From NCBI GenBank assembly GCA_044446485.1, contig JBIOEX010000003.1, positions 18,217 through 82,216 on the forward strand: a stretch of 64,000 nucleotides of DNA. Reading direction: 5' to 3'. Each line of letters starts with the position of its first letter. Positions within the stretch are counted from its first letter, which is position 1. Origin of the DNA: Solirubrobacterales bacterium (GTDB lineage Bacteria > Actinomycetota > Thermoleophilia > Solirubrobacterales > Solirubrobacteraceae). Below the pieces are notes generated by a model. The model searched no databases, was not told the DNA's origin, and saw nothing but the letters and a program-made list of their open reading frames with translations. Shown here in pieces: positions 1 through 8,911 of the stretch. Position numbers and translations under genes: made by a program.

Positions 1-1
1 G

Positions 2-886
2 GGACACCGGCCCGGGCAGTATTTGCGCCTCGGCATCGAGGTCGATGGGGTGCATCACTGGCGCGCCTACTCGCTGACGTCCGATCCCAGGCGCGCCGAT
101 GGCTGCATCTCGATCACGCCCAAGCTCGTGCAGGACGGCAAGGTCTCACCCTTCCTCTTCCGGCGCGTTTTGCCGGGGACGATCGTGCGCCTCGGTGGGG
201 TCGAAGGCACGTTTGTGCTGCCGGATCCCCTGCCAGCGAAGATGCTGTTCATCAGCGCCGGCAGCGGCATCACGCCGATCATGAGCATGCTGCGCTCGCT
301 CGCTCGTGACGATGCGCTCTCGGATGTTGTCCATGTCCACTGCGCACGCAGCTCGGAGGGTGTGATCTTCGCCCGCGAACTGGCGCAGCTGAAGGCGCGC
401 TATCCCGGCTACCGTCTGCATGCGCGTATCACGGGCGAGCAGGGGCGTGTCACACCAGATCAACTCGACGATCTGTGTGGCGACTGGCGTGAGCGCGAGG
501 CGTTCGTGTGTGGGCCGGCGGGACTGCTCGAGGCGATGAGCGAGCGCTGGCAGACCGGCGGAGACCCCGCTTCTCTGCATATCGAGCACTTCCAGCCCGA
601 TCTTCGCGTCGGCGATGGCGAGCGCGGCACCGGCGGCACGATCCACTTCTGCAAGAGCGCCATCGAGGCCCACAGCGACGGTAAGCAGCCGATCCTGCTG
701 GCCGGTGAGAGCGCCGGCGCCAAGCTGCCATACGGCTGTCGCATGGGCATTTGTCACACCTGCGTCGGGCGACTGCGCTCAGGCCAGGTTCGTGACCTGC
801 GCACCGGTCAGGTCCACGGCCAGGCGGGCGAAATGACGCGTACCTGCGTCAACGCTCCCGAGGGTCCGGTCGAGATCGAGCTCTAG
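2..886 (+). CDS. Ferredoxin reductase (FAD/NAD-binding + C-terminal 2Fe-2S), desaturase electron-transfer partner; 5' truncated by window edge
   Basis: RAYSLTS, SAGSGITP, CGPAGL and GCRMGICHTC...C motifs; frame open from base 2; adjacent to a DesA3-like desaturase. Confidence 0.92.
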   Translation, partial: GHRPGQYLRLGIEVDGVHHWRAYSLTSDPRRADGCISITPKLVQDGKVSPFLFRRVLPGTIVRLGGVEGTFVLPDPLPAKMLFISAGSGITPIMSMLRSLARDDALSDVVHVHCARSSEGVIFARELAQLKARYPGYRLHARITGEQGRVTPDQLDDLCGDWREREAFVCGPAGLLEAMSERWQTGGDPASLHIEHFQPDLRVGDGERGTGGTIHFCKSAIEAHSDGKQPILLAGESAGAKLPYGCRMGICHTCVGRLRSGQVRDLRTGQVHGQAGEMTRTCVNAPEGPVEIEL

Positions 887-974
887 CCGTCCATCTCAAA
901 TCTTCTTCTCTAAAGCTCCCCCAAAACAGCATTCAGAAGCGCCTCCAAATTCCCCCACAAACTGAGGATCCAAC

Positions 975-2237
975 ATGGCAACAAACCAAATCAGCCGCCC
1001 GGTGGCCGAGAGGCTTAACGAGGTGCAGGGACCACCACCTCGGACCCCCTCGCACGAGGCACCCAGCACGCCGCCCCACAAGACTCGCTTCGGTGATCTC
1101 GAAAGCCCGCTTGCGGGACTCACCGCTGAGCAGATCGATCAGCTCGGCCGCGAGTTCGACGCTATCCACGACGAGGTCAAGGCGGACCTCGGAGACCGCG
1201 ACTCGCGCTACATCCGCTCGACGATCAAGCTGCATCGCGAGCTCGTCCTCGCCGCCCGCGTGCTGCTGATGGGCTCACGCTACAAGCCAGCGTGGCTGGC
1301 CGGCACAGCATCTCTGTCGATCGCGAAGATCCTCGAGAACATGGAGATCGGCCACAACGTCATGCACGGCCAATGGGATTGGATGAACGATCCCGACATC
1401 AATTCCCAGAACTGGGATTGGGACACCGCCTCATCGGCGGACGCCTGGCGGCACTCACACAACTATGAGCACCACACGTTCACCAATATTCGCGGCAAGG
1501 ACCGCGATCTCGGCTATGAGATCATGCGGATAGATCCGCATCAGCCGTGGAACCCGGTGTATCTGGCCCAGCCCTTCTACAACCTGCTGCTGATGGGCTT
1601 CTTCGAGTGGGGCGTGGCGCTGCACGACCTCAACTTCGACGCGATCCACGCCGGTGAGAAGTCAAAGGAGCAGGTCGTGCAGGAGCTGAAGGCGATCGGC
1701 GCCAAGGCCCGTTCGCAGATCATCAAGGACTACGTTGCCTTCCCGGCGCTATCGGCGCTCCTCTCGGGCCGCGGCTCGCTGAAGTCGAGCCGGCGCTCGT
1801 TCAAGGCGACGCTCGCGGCAAACTTCACCGCGAACATCGTCCGCAACGTGTGGGCCTATTCGATCATCTTCTGTGGGCACTTCCCCGACCAGACATACAC
1901 CTTCAGTCAGGCGGAGGTCGCCGGGGAGACGCGCGGCGGCTGGTACGTGCGTCAGCTGCTCGGTTCCGCCAACATCGACGGCAGTCCGCTGTTTCATTTG
2001 CTGGCCGGCAACCTGAGCTTCCAGGTCGAGCACCACCTCTACCCTGACATGCCGTCAAGCCGCTACGCAGAGATCGCGCCACGGGTGCGCGACATTTGCC
2101 GCCGCTACGGGCTGCCCTACAACACCGGCCCGCTGAGTAAGCAGCTCGGCACGGTGCACCGCACGATCCTACGTTTGGCCTTCCCAGGGGGCAAGCTCCG
2201 CCCGAAGCCAGGCCCCTACAGGCCCGAGCGCGTTTAG
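975..2237 (+). CDS. Membrane acyl-CoA desaturase, DesA3-like
   Basis: His boxes HNVMH, HSHNYEHH, QVEHH; ENMEIGHN motif; GAGG RBS at ~965. Confidence 0.92.
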   Translation: MATNQISRPVAERLNEVQGPPPRTPSHEAPSTPPHKTRFGDLESPLAGLTAEQIDQLGREFDAIHDEVKADLGDRDSRYIRSTIKLHRELVLAARVLLMGSRYKPAWLAGTASLSIAKILENMEIGHNVMHGQWDWMNDPDINSQNWDWDTASSADAWRHSHNYEHHTFTNIRGKDRDLGYEIMRIDPHQPWNPVYLAQPFYNLLLMGFFEWGVALHDLNFDAIHAGEKSKEQVVQELKAIGAKARSQIIKDYVAFPALSALLSGRGSLKSSRRSFKATLAANFTANIVRNVWAYSIIFCGHFPDQTYTFSQAEVAGETRGGWYVRQLLGSANIDGSPLFHLLAGNLSFQVEHHLYPDMPSSRYAEIAPRVRDICRRYGLPYNTGPLSKQLGTVHRTILRLAFPGGKLRPKPGPYRPERV

Positions 2238-2243
2238 GCCGTT

Positions 2244-2259
2244 AGGGGGGTTATCCCCT
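2244..2259. promoter_or_regulatory. Palindromic candidate regulator site AGGGG-N6-CCCCT upstream of second desaturase
   Basis: AGGGG(2244-48) GGTTAT CCCCT(2255-59); further AGGGGG at 2279-84. Confidence 0.3.
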
Positions 2260-2349
2260 GGGTGGGAGGGCCCAGATCAGGGGGCAGGCCAGTGGCCGCC
2301 GGTGGCCGGCCGCAGCGACAACGACCTCTCGCTCCGTCAAAATCCACGT

Positions 2350-3357
2350 ATGAGCGCCACCGCCGGGCCAACAATCGAGCAGAGCCCCAACCCCGAGGCC
2401 GAGATCCTCGGGCAGGATCCGGTACCCAACGCGCAGGGTCCCACTCCGGAGGAGATCCAGGAGCCGGTGCTCGAGAACCTCGACCGGTTCGTCACCGGCC
2501 TGATCACGGTGGTGCCGCCGGCGCTGGTCGTGCTCGCCTGCTGGCAGCTGTGGAACAGCGAGCTGCACCTGCGCGACATCGTGCTGTTCATCGCCCTCTA
2601 CATCCCGATCGGCCTCGGCGTGACCGTCGGCTTTCACCGGCTGCTCACCCACCGCAGCTTCAAGACCTCGCCGGCGCTGCGCGGCTTGCTCGCGGTCCTC
2701 GGCACGATGTCGATCGAGGGCCCCGTGATCTCCTGGGTGGCCGACCACCGCAAGCACCACGCCTACTCCGACCGCCTGGGCGACCCGCACAGCCCCCACG
2801 TCGATCACGGCGGCGGCTGGAAGGGCGCGCTGCGCGGACTCGGCCACGCACACGTCGGCTGGCTGTTCGATCACCAGCAACGCGGCGCGCGCGAGCGCTT
2901 CGCTCCGGATCTGATTGCCGACCCGGTCGTGAACTTCGTCGACAAGACGTTCATCTTCTGGTCGCTGCTCGGCCTGGCGATCCCGTTCGGGCTCGGCTGG
3001 CTGATCGCCGGAACCGTGGCGGCAGGGTTCGAGGCGATGCTGTGGGCCGGCGCCGTACGGATCTTCATCCTGCACCACGTCACCTACTCGATCAACTCGC
3101 TCTGCCACTTCTTCGGCCGCCGGCGCTTCGCCACCGATGACGAATCGCACAACCTGTCATGGCTCGCGCCGTTCTCCTTTGGTGAGGCGTGGCACAACAA
3201 CCACCACGCGTTCCCCACGTCGGCCTTCCACGGCATGGCCAGGAGCGAGGTCGACCTCTCGGGCCTGACGATCTCTGGTCTCGAGCGGCTTGGCCTCGTG
3301 TGGGACGTGCAGCGGATCAGCCCGGACCGCCAGGCCGCGAAGGCCCTCACGAGCTGA
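2350..3357 (+). CDS. Delta-9-type acyl-CoA/acyl-lipid desaturase
   Basis: His boxes HRLLTH, HRKHH, HNNHH; DPHSPH and GEAWHNNHHAFP; ATG at 2350 chosen. Confidence 0.92.
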   Translation: MSATAGPTIEQSPNPEAEILGQDPVPNAQGPTPEEIQEPVLENLDRFVTGLITVVPPALVVLACWQLWNSELHLRDIVLFIALYIPIGLGVTVGFHRLLTHRSFKTSPALRGLLAVLGTMSIEGPVISWVADHRKHHAYSDRLGDPHSPHVDHGGGWKGALRGLGHAHVGWLFDHQQRGARERFAPDLIADPVVNFVDKTFIFWSLLGLAIPFGLGWLIAGTVAAGFEAMLWAGAVRIFILHHVTYSINSLCHFFGRRRFATDDESHNLSWLAPFSFGEAWHNNHHAFPTSAFHGMARSEVDLSGLTISGLERLGLVWDVQRISPDRQAAKALTS

Positions 3358-3396
3358 GCTTCGCTGCCGCCGGTTCGGCGTGCGACCATTTGTCGG

Positions 3397-4302
3397 GTGA
3401 GCCAGCAACCAGCTCCACCGGCGTCTTACCCACTTGATGATCCGGCCACACCCGCGAGCGCGCCACGCCGGCGCTGGATGCCAAGACCGGCCGCGGGGCT
3501 GTCGTGGGGCCAGTATGCCCGCTCGCTCCTGCGCCGCCTGGCGGCCCTGGCGGCGATCCTGCTCCTCGCGATCTGGGCGCTGACCGGGCAGGGGTACTTT
3601 TGGCCGGCGTGGGCCTGGCTGGGGCTGGTCGTGGTCGTGCTGTGCGACTACTCAGCGGGCTGGGTCTGGCGGCGCCGTCCAGGCGCGCCGCGCCGGGTCG
3701 CGTTCCTATGGGCGGTGATCGGCGTCGCGGCGGTGATCCTGGTGATGACCTGGCTGCTCACGTGGCTTGAGGCGGGGGTGCACACGTTCTGGCCGGCGTG
3801 GGCGCTGCTCGGCCTCGCGACCGCCGGCAGCGCCTACTCGCTGATCGCGCTGCACGACCGCGTGCTGATCGCAAACGGGGGCCGGGCGCTGCGCCGGCGG
3901 ACGGCCGCAGGGAAGGCTCGCATTGGCGCTCTGCGCGCTTTCCTGAGCGCGCAGCGCCGTCTCGCCTCTCACGGTGTGGTGCTCGACCGCGAGGCCGTGA
4001 CGCGGCTGCTCGCAACGGGCGCCGGCGCGCAGGCGCCGGACGCGGGACGGTGGAACGCCTTGCCCGGGCTGCCCGAGGGCACGCCGGCCCTGCTCGAGCG
4101 ACTGACCGTCCGCGAGCGCGCCGTGCTCGAGCTGATGGCCGAGGGCCGCTCGAACACGGCGATCGCCGAGAGTCTCGTAGTCACACCCGGCGCGGTGGAG
4201 AAGCACATCACGAACATCTTTGGAAAGCTCGAGTTGCCTGTCTGTGACGAGGATCACCGGCGCGTGCTCGCCGTGCTTGCCTACCTGCGCGTCGTGAGCT
4301 GA
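3397..4302 (+). CDS. Membrane-anchored LuxR/NarL-type HTH regulator (4 TM + LuxR HTH, no intact receiver domain)
   Basis: Two hydrophobic hairpins each containing FWPAW; C-terminal LTVRERAVLELMAEGRSNTAIAESLVVTPGAVEKHITNIFGKL. Confidence 0.85.
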   Translation: MSQQPAPPASYPLDDPATPASAPRRRWMPRPAAGLSWGQYARSLLRRLAALAAILLLAIWALTGQGYFWPAWAWLGLVVVVLCDYSAGWVWRRRPGAPRRVAFLWAVIGVAAVILVMTWLLTWLEAGVHTFWPAWALLGLATAGSAYSLIALHDRVLIANGGRALRRRTAAGKARIGALRAFLSAQRRLASHGVVLDREAVTRLLATGAGAQAPDAGRWNALPGLPEGTPALLERLTVRERAVLELMAEGRSNTAIAESLVVTPGAVEKHITNIFGKLELPVCDEDHRRVLAVLAYLRVVS

Positions 4303-4318
4303 GCTCACAGCCAGCCGG

Positions 4319-5776
4319 TCAGGTGGTTAGGCAGGTGCGGTTGCGTCCCGCGGTCTTGGCTTCATAGAGCGCGGTGTCGGCACGGCTCATCAGCGTCTCG
4401 GTGGGCATTCCGGGGCCGTGGGTGGCGATCCCGGCTGAGCAGGTCTCCTCGCCAGGGATGCGACGGCGCAGGCGTTCGACAACCTCCAGCGCGTTCGCCT
4501 CGTTGCAGTCGGGGAGCAGCAGGGCGAACTCGTCTCCGCCGAGGCGCGCGATGAAATCTCCGGCGCGGAGCTCCTCGCGCCAGGCGGCGGCCGTCTCCCT
4601 CAGCAGGCGGTCTCCGGCCGGGTGTCCCAGCGTGTCGTTGAACTCCTTGAAGTGGTCGAAGTCGAGCATCGCGAGCGTGATCTTCTGATCTTCGGCAAGC
4701 GCTCGCTCGAGGCTCATCTCCCACGCGCGGCGGTTGGGCAGGCCCGTCAGCGCGTCGGTGCTCGCCATGTCGGTCAGTTGGCTGAGCATGTCGGCGCGTT
4801 CGATCACGGTGGCGACCTCATGCGCCAGCAGCGCGATCGCGGTTGCGCGCGCCCCGCCTATCCTGACCGCCTGGTGCCAGCCCACGACGAGCACGCCGAC
4901 CGGCTCTCCTCCTCTCAGCACCGGCTCGAACAGGACGGATGCGGGCCGGCCGGAGAGCTCCCATATCTTGCTGTTGAAGAGCGGCGATTCACAGTTCTCG
5001 GCAAACATCAGCGAGCGTCCTGAACGAAACGCTTCGTGCACGCCAGAGTGCTCGTCGGGACTGATCTCGAGCGGATCGGCCTCGATGCCGGCCATCGACG
5101 CCGCGCGCAGCTGGCGTGAAGCATCGGCCGGCTCGTACAGGATCGCCATGCTGGCGTTGCTGATCGTCCTGGCCGCGTCGCATACCTCCTCGCGGGCGCG
5201 CGGGCTGCTGGAGAGCCCGCGTATGACCTCGGCGATCTGCTCCAGCATGTGCTCGCGGTATTGGGCATCGCTGGCTGCAAGGCGCGCCTGCCCGACCAGC
5301 CGCTGGGTGGTCAGGCCGACGATCGTGCTCACGAGAACGAACAGCAGCCCGGCGCGGTACTGGGTGTGAGGGTAAGCGGGGGGACCCACGAGCAGGCTCT
5401 GTGCCAGGAACAGCATCGCCATCCCGGCCACGACCGTGAACAGCTGAGCACGATTGCTGTAGAGAGCCGTATAGAACACCGGCAGCAGCGCCAGCGCACC
5501 CACAGCCGAGTTGATGCCCCCCGCCGAGTCGCGCAGCAGCGCGACCGCGACCATAAAGACCAGCCCTGGGATTGCCTCTCGCGCTTTCTCCAGGGCGCCC
5601 GGCAACGGCGCAATGCACCACACGCCCGCGAGCACCGCCAGTCCCCCGGCCAGCGCGTATGTCCCCCAGTGCATGGAGGAGCCGACGGGCACGAGGGCCC
5701 ACGCCAGTACCGTCACGGCCACGAACGGCCTCAGGTGGCGACGCGGCAGCACTGAGGACCCAGAGATCGGATGCAT
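4319..5776 (-). CDS. Membrane sensor GAF-GGDEF diguanylate cyclase
   Basis: ~5 N-terminal TM segments, GAF-like middle, TDALTGLPNRR, DFDHFK, intact GGDEF with RAGD I-site. Confidence 0.92.
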   Translation of the reverse strand: MHPISGSSVLPRRHLRPFVAVTVLAWALVPVGSSMHWGTYALAGGLAVLAGVWCIAPLPGALEKAREAIPGLVFMVAVALLRDSAGGINSAVGALALLPVFYTALYSNRAQLFTVVAGMAMLFLAQSLLVGPPAYPHTQYRAGLLFVLVSTIVGLTTQRLVGQARLAASDAQYREHMLEQIAEVIRGLSSSPRAREEVCDAARTISNASMAILYEPADASRQLRAASMAGIEADPLEISPDEHSGVHEAFRSGRSLMFAENCESPLFNSKIWELSGRPASVLFEPVLRGGEPVGVLVVGWHQAVRIGGARATAIALLAHEVATVIERADMLSQLTDMASTDALTGLPNRRAWEMSLERALAEDQKITLAMLDFDHFKEFNDTLGHPAGDRLLRETAAAWREELRAGDFIARLGGDEFALLLPDCNEANALEVVERLRRRIPGEETCSAGIATHGPGMPTETLMSRADTALYEAKTAGRNRTCLTT

Positions 5777-5842
5777 GGTTCTTCCATCGGCAGCCCGGCG
5801 GCGAAACTGGACCCTGCCCGCGCGAGCCGTAGGATCCCCGTC

Positions 5843-6829
5843 ATGAAAGCAATCCAGATCGTCAGCCTCACCGGTCCCGACAGCGCGCTCGAGCTCTCAG
5901 AGGTGCCCGAGCCCGAGCCCACGCACATGCTGAGTCCAGGCGCAGGCGTCGTGGTCGACGTGCACTGCGCCGGGGTCGCGTTCCCCGAGCTGCTGCAGAC
6001 CCGCGGCTCCTATCAGGTCAAACCGCCGCTCCCGTTCGTTCCCGGCAGCGAGGTCGCCGGCGTCGTGCGCAGCGCGCCCGCCGGCGCGACCGTCGAGGCT
6101 GGCGACCGCGTGGCCGCGTTCTGTGCGCTCGGCGGGTTCGCCGAGACTGCGGTCGCGCCCCCGTTCCTCACGTTCGCGCTGCCAGCTGAGCTCGACTTTG
6201 CCCAGGGCGCCGGTCTGATCCTCAACTACCACACCGCCTACTTCTCGCTCGTTATGCGCGGGCGCTTGCGCGAGGGCGAGACGGTGCTCGTCCATGGGGC
6301 CGCTGGCGGGGTGGGCACCGCGGCGCTGCAGGTCGCCAAGGGCCTGGGCGCGCGCACGATCGCTGTGGTTTCCAGCGAGGCCAAGCAACAGGTCGCGCTG
6401 CAGGCCGGCGCCGATCACGTCGTGCGCTCCGATGGTGCCTGGAAGGACGAAGCGAAGGAGCTCTCGGGCGGTGGTGTGGAGCTCGTATTCGACCCGGTCG
6501 GCGGGGATCGCTTCACTGACAGCCTGCGCTCGCTGCGCGAGGGTGGCCGTCTCGTTGTCGTGGGGTTCGCCGGCGGCCCGATCCCTGAGGTCAAGGTCAA
6601 CCGGCTGCTGCTCGGCAACACCGAGATCATCGGCGCGGGCTGGGGCGGCTACGTGATGGGTCGCCCGCAGGTCAACCTCGAAATCGGGGCCGCGATCAAC
6701 CGTCTGGTGGACGAGGGCAACGTGGCGCCGATCGTCGGCGAGCGCTTTCCCCTGGAGCGCGCCGCCGACGCGCTGCGTGTGCTCGACGAGCGTCGCGCAA
6801 CCGGCAAGGTCGTCCTCGACGTGCGTTAG
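5843..6829 (+). CDS. NADPH:quinone oxidoreductase (MDR family)
   Basis: PFVPGSEVAG, VHGAAGGVG, GKVVL; TAGGAT 7 nt before ATG 5843. Confidence 0.92.
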   Translation: MKAIQIVSLTGPDSALELSEVPEPEPTHMLSPGAGVVVDVHCAGVAFPELLQTRGSYQVKPPLPFVPGSEVAGVVRSAPAGATVEAGDRVAAFCALGGFAETAVAPPFLTFALPAELDFAQGAGLILNYHTAYFSLVMRGRLREGETVLVHGAAGGVGTAALQVAKGLGARTIAVVSSEAKQQVALQAGADHVVRSDGAWKDEAKELSGGGVELVFDPVGGDRFTDSLRSLREGGRLVVVGFAGGPIPEVKVNRLLLGNTEIIGAGWGGYVMGRPQVNLEIGAAINRLVDEGNVAPIVGERFPLERAADALRVLDERRATGKVVLDVR

Positions 6830-6919
6830 GCGGCCGTGGACGCGGCGCGCTGCTGCGTCCTCGCTCGCTCGTGTGCAAAGCACACGTCGCTCCCTGCGTC
6901 CTTGCATCGCTTGGTCCAC

Positions 6920-6938
6920 ACCCGCCTAATAGGCGGGT
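6920..6938. terminator. Perfect inverted repeat between convergent genes; possible bidirectional terminator
   Basis: ACCCGCCTA-A-TAGGCGGGT. Confidence 0.45.
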
Positions 6939-6959
6939 AGCGTCTTATCGCCGCGCCGG

Positions 6960-8324
6960 CTACTGCTGCGCCACCTTGGCTGCGTCCTTTGCTCCCAAGA
7001 ACGGGGTGAGTGCCGCGTAGATCAACTGCGGGGCGAGAATTGGCAGCTCGCCGGTGCGCTCGTCCCCGGCGTAGTGGTGCAGGACCTGCCAGATCCCGCC
7101 GGCGATCGCCTCGGGCGCGATGGCGGGCACCGGGCGCTCCTTGGCGGCGTATTGGTAGCCCGGTTGCAGGTAGGAGGCGAATGCGTGCAGGCTCTCCTCA
7201 CGGGTCGCGGTCGCCTCCGGGCTGGCGGCGAAGGTGTCTACGAGGATCAGGTGAGAGTGGGCGGGCTCGGAAGCGAGGTAATGCAGTAGCGCGCGCAGGC
7301 CGGCGGCGACACCCTGGGGCCAGTCGTCCTTGTGTGTGTCGTAGGCCTGCCCCACCACGAGCAGCGCCTGGTGCATGCCGACCTTCAGGGCACCGAGGAA
7401 GGCATCGTGCTTGCTGGGGTACATTTCATAGAAGGTGTGGTGAGAGACGTTCGCACGCTTGGCGATCTCCGGGATCGTGAGGTTTGAAAGACCCTTTTCG
7501 GCGACGATCGAAGCGGTCGCGTTGACGATCCGCTCGCGCTGGTTTTTGACGATGAACTCGCGTGACAGGTCGTGGCGCCCGCTCGGCAGGCGCCCTTCGG
7601 CGCGCAGTGCCCGCTCGGATATCTCGGGCGGGCGGGCGCGAGTCTTAGCGGCGGGCGCGCACTGCAGCCCCGCCGGGAGCTCCACCGGATAGCAGCCGGC
7701 CCAGGCGGCGAGCTCACCGGCGAGTGGCGGCAGCTCGCGCGCGCGACCCTGGCGCAGCCGCCCAGCGGTCACCTCGCGGATGCCGCCGAGGACGATCTTC
7801 ACCGTGAGGTCGCTCGCATCACTGCTAGTGGCCGGAGAACGGATAGCGTGGATGCTCTGCTCGAGCGCTTGCAGCGTGTGGTTGCGGCGTTCGAGAACAT
7901 TCGGTCCCGAGCCGAAGGCGCCCAGCACCATTAGCGACATTCCCTCCGGCTCGGCCGCGGCCAGCTCCGCGAACGCCCGGATCGCGGCTCCCAGGCGCTC
8001 GCCCCGGGTGCCCTGCGCTTGGTATGCCCTGATCGCCGTCTTCGCGGTGCGCTGCGCGATCTCATCGTAGGAGGCGAGGAGGAGCTCTTCCTTGCTGGCG
8101 TACAGGCCGTAGAAGGTCGGGCGTGAGATGCGCGCGAGCTTGGTCAGGTCGCGGATGCGCACCGCGTGATATCCGCGCTCTGCGATCAGCTCGACGAGCG
8201 CGCTGCGCAGGCGTTCGCGCTGGTCGAGCTTGACCTCCTCAGGGTTTAGGCCATGCGTGCCCGCGGGCAGGCGCCGGTAACGCTCGGCGGGCTTCGGCGA
8301 CGATCTGGGTTTGGCATCGGACAC
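6960..8324 (-). CDS. Tandem double TetR/AcrR-family regulator
   Basis: Two units: LPAGTHGL...QRERL...ISRPTFY and LPSGRHDL...QRERI...VSHHTFYEMY. Confidence 0.9.
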   Translation of the reverse strand: MSDAKPRSSPKPAERYRRLPAGTHGLNPEEVKLDQRERLRSALVELIAERGYHAVRIRDLTKLARISRPTFYGLYASKEELLLASYDEIAQRTAKTAIRAYQAQGTRGERLGAAIRAFAELAAAEPEGMSLMVLGAFGSGPNVLERRNHTLQALEQSIHAIRSPATSSDASDLTVKIVLGGIREVTAGRLRQGRARELPPLAGELAAWAGCYPVELPAGLQCAPAAKTRARPPEISERALRAEGRLPSGRHDLSREFIVKNQRERIVNATASIVAEKGLSNLTIPEIAKRANVSHHTFYEMYPSKHDAFLGALKVGMHQALLVVGQAYDTHKDDWPQGVAAGLRALLHYLASEPAHSHLILVDTFAASPEATATREESLHAFASYLQPGYQYAAKERPVPAIAPEAIAGGIWQVLHHYAGDERTGELPILAPQLIYAALTPFLGAKDAAKVAQQ

Positions 8325-8417
8325 GGAAAGCTTCAGAAACCCCTGGATGACATCAAGCCAGCATAGGGTATCAAGCTAGGCGAGGAGCGGTAGACGACCG
8401 CTTACGCCCAGTGAATC

Positions 8418-8483
8418 GGTGGATTCTTTTTCATGCCGCCCCTCTTCAAAGCCCAGAACGGCCTGGAAATCCACCAGAACAAG
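8418..8483 (+). repeat. Dispersed ~65-bp intergenic repeat, copy 1
   Basis: ggtggattctttttcatgccgcccctcttcaaagcccagaacggcctggaaatccaccagaacaag; terminal IR GGTGGATT/AATCCACC; similar to 8803-8870 and reverse complement of 55511-55577. Confidence 0.85.
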
Positions 8484-8547
8484 CCTCGAAATCGTGGATT
8501 CAAGACCCTCGAAATAGGGGATTCAACCCCCTCGAAATCGTGGATTC
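8484..8547 (+). repeat. Tandem array, 3 x 23-bp period (CCTCGAAATCGTGGATTC core)
   Basis: Units start at 8484, 8507, 8530; middle unit reads CCTCGAAATAGGGGATTC. Confidence 0.9.
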
Positions 8548-8550
8548 GAT

Positions 8551-8652
8551 GCCGGATCCATCCGCTACGACGCGCTGCCCGTCGCAGCGCAATCGCTCAC
8601 GGGCCGCCTGCACCTGCTGACGGTGTGGCCTCTCACCCAGGGCGAGATTGAT
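8551..8652 (+). pseudogene. Fragment of AAA_14/DUF4143-type ATPase gene
   Basis: Manual translation AGSIRYDALPVAAQSLTGRLHLLTVWPLTQGEID resembles the GS...SLxGR...LxPLSQGE segment; no start, no Walker A. Confidence 0.6.
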
Positions 8653-8708
8653 AATGAGGAGCTCGAGCGGCTCGGCATGGATTTGGTGCGAGAACGTCTG
8701 GCTTCTAC

Positions 8709-8798
8709 CGCCGTGGCCAGCTCGACTTCACCATCCCACTGTTCGCCGAGTACCTAACAGAAAACCACCCCCTCGAGACATTCGAAGAGAACGCGTGA
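8709..8798 (+). pseudogene. 3'-terminal fragment of a second ATP-binding (AAA_16-like) gene
   Basis: Manual translation RRGQLDFTIPLFAEYLTENHPLETFEENA* resembles the GxxxFTVPLFxEY/F C-terminus of actinobacterial AAA ATPases. Confidence 0.5.
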
Positions 8799-8802
8799 GG
8801 AG

Positions 8803-8870
8803 AAGCGATGGTTCTTCATGCCGACCCTGTTCAGAGCCCAAAACGGCCTGGCAATCCACCAGAACAAGAG
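8803..8870 (+). repeat. Dispersed ~65-bp intergenic repeat, copy 2
   Basis: aagcgatggttcttcatgccgaccctgttcagagcccaaaacggcctggcaatccaccagaacaagag. Confidence 0.85.
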
Positions 8871-8889
8871 GCACGTTGGGGCTCCTAGA

Positions 8890-8911
8890 TTGCAAATCTA
8901 TAAGTTTGCAA
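8890..8911. promoter_or_regulatory. AT-rich inverted repeat, operator-like
   Basis: TTGCAAA-N8-TTTGCAA. Confidence 0.35.

Noticed and set aside
887-974. Fourth copy of the dispersed repeat
   Set aside because: Shares only TCTTCTTC and CCCAAAAC fragments; too weak to call
4319-5776. c-di-GMP control of the glycan locus by the nearby cyclase
   Set aside because: Proximity only; no PilZ or other c-di-GMP receptor recognised in the locus
8484-8547. CRISPR array
   Set aside because: Only three contiguous 23-bp units, no unique spacers, no cas genes
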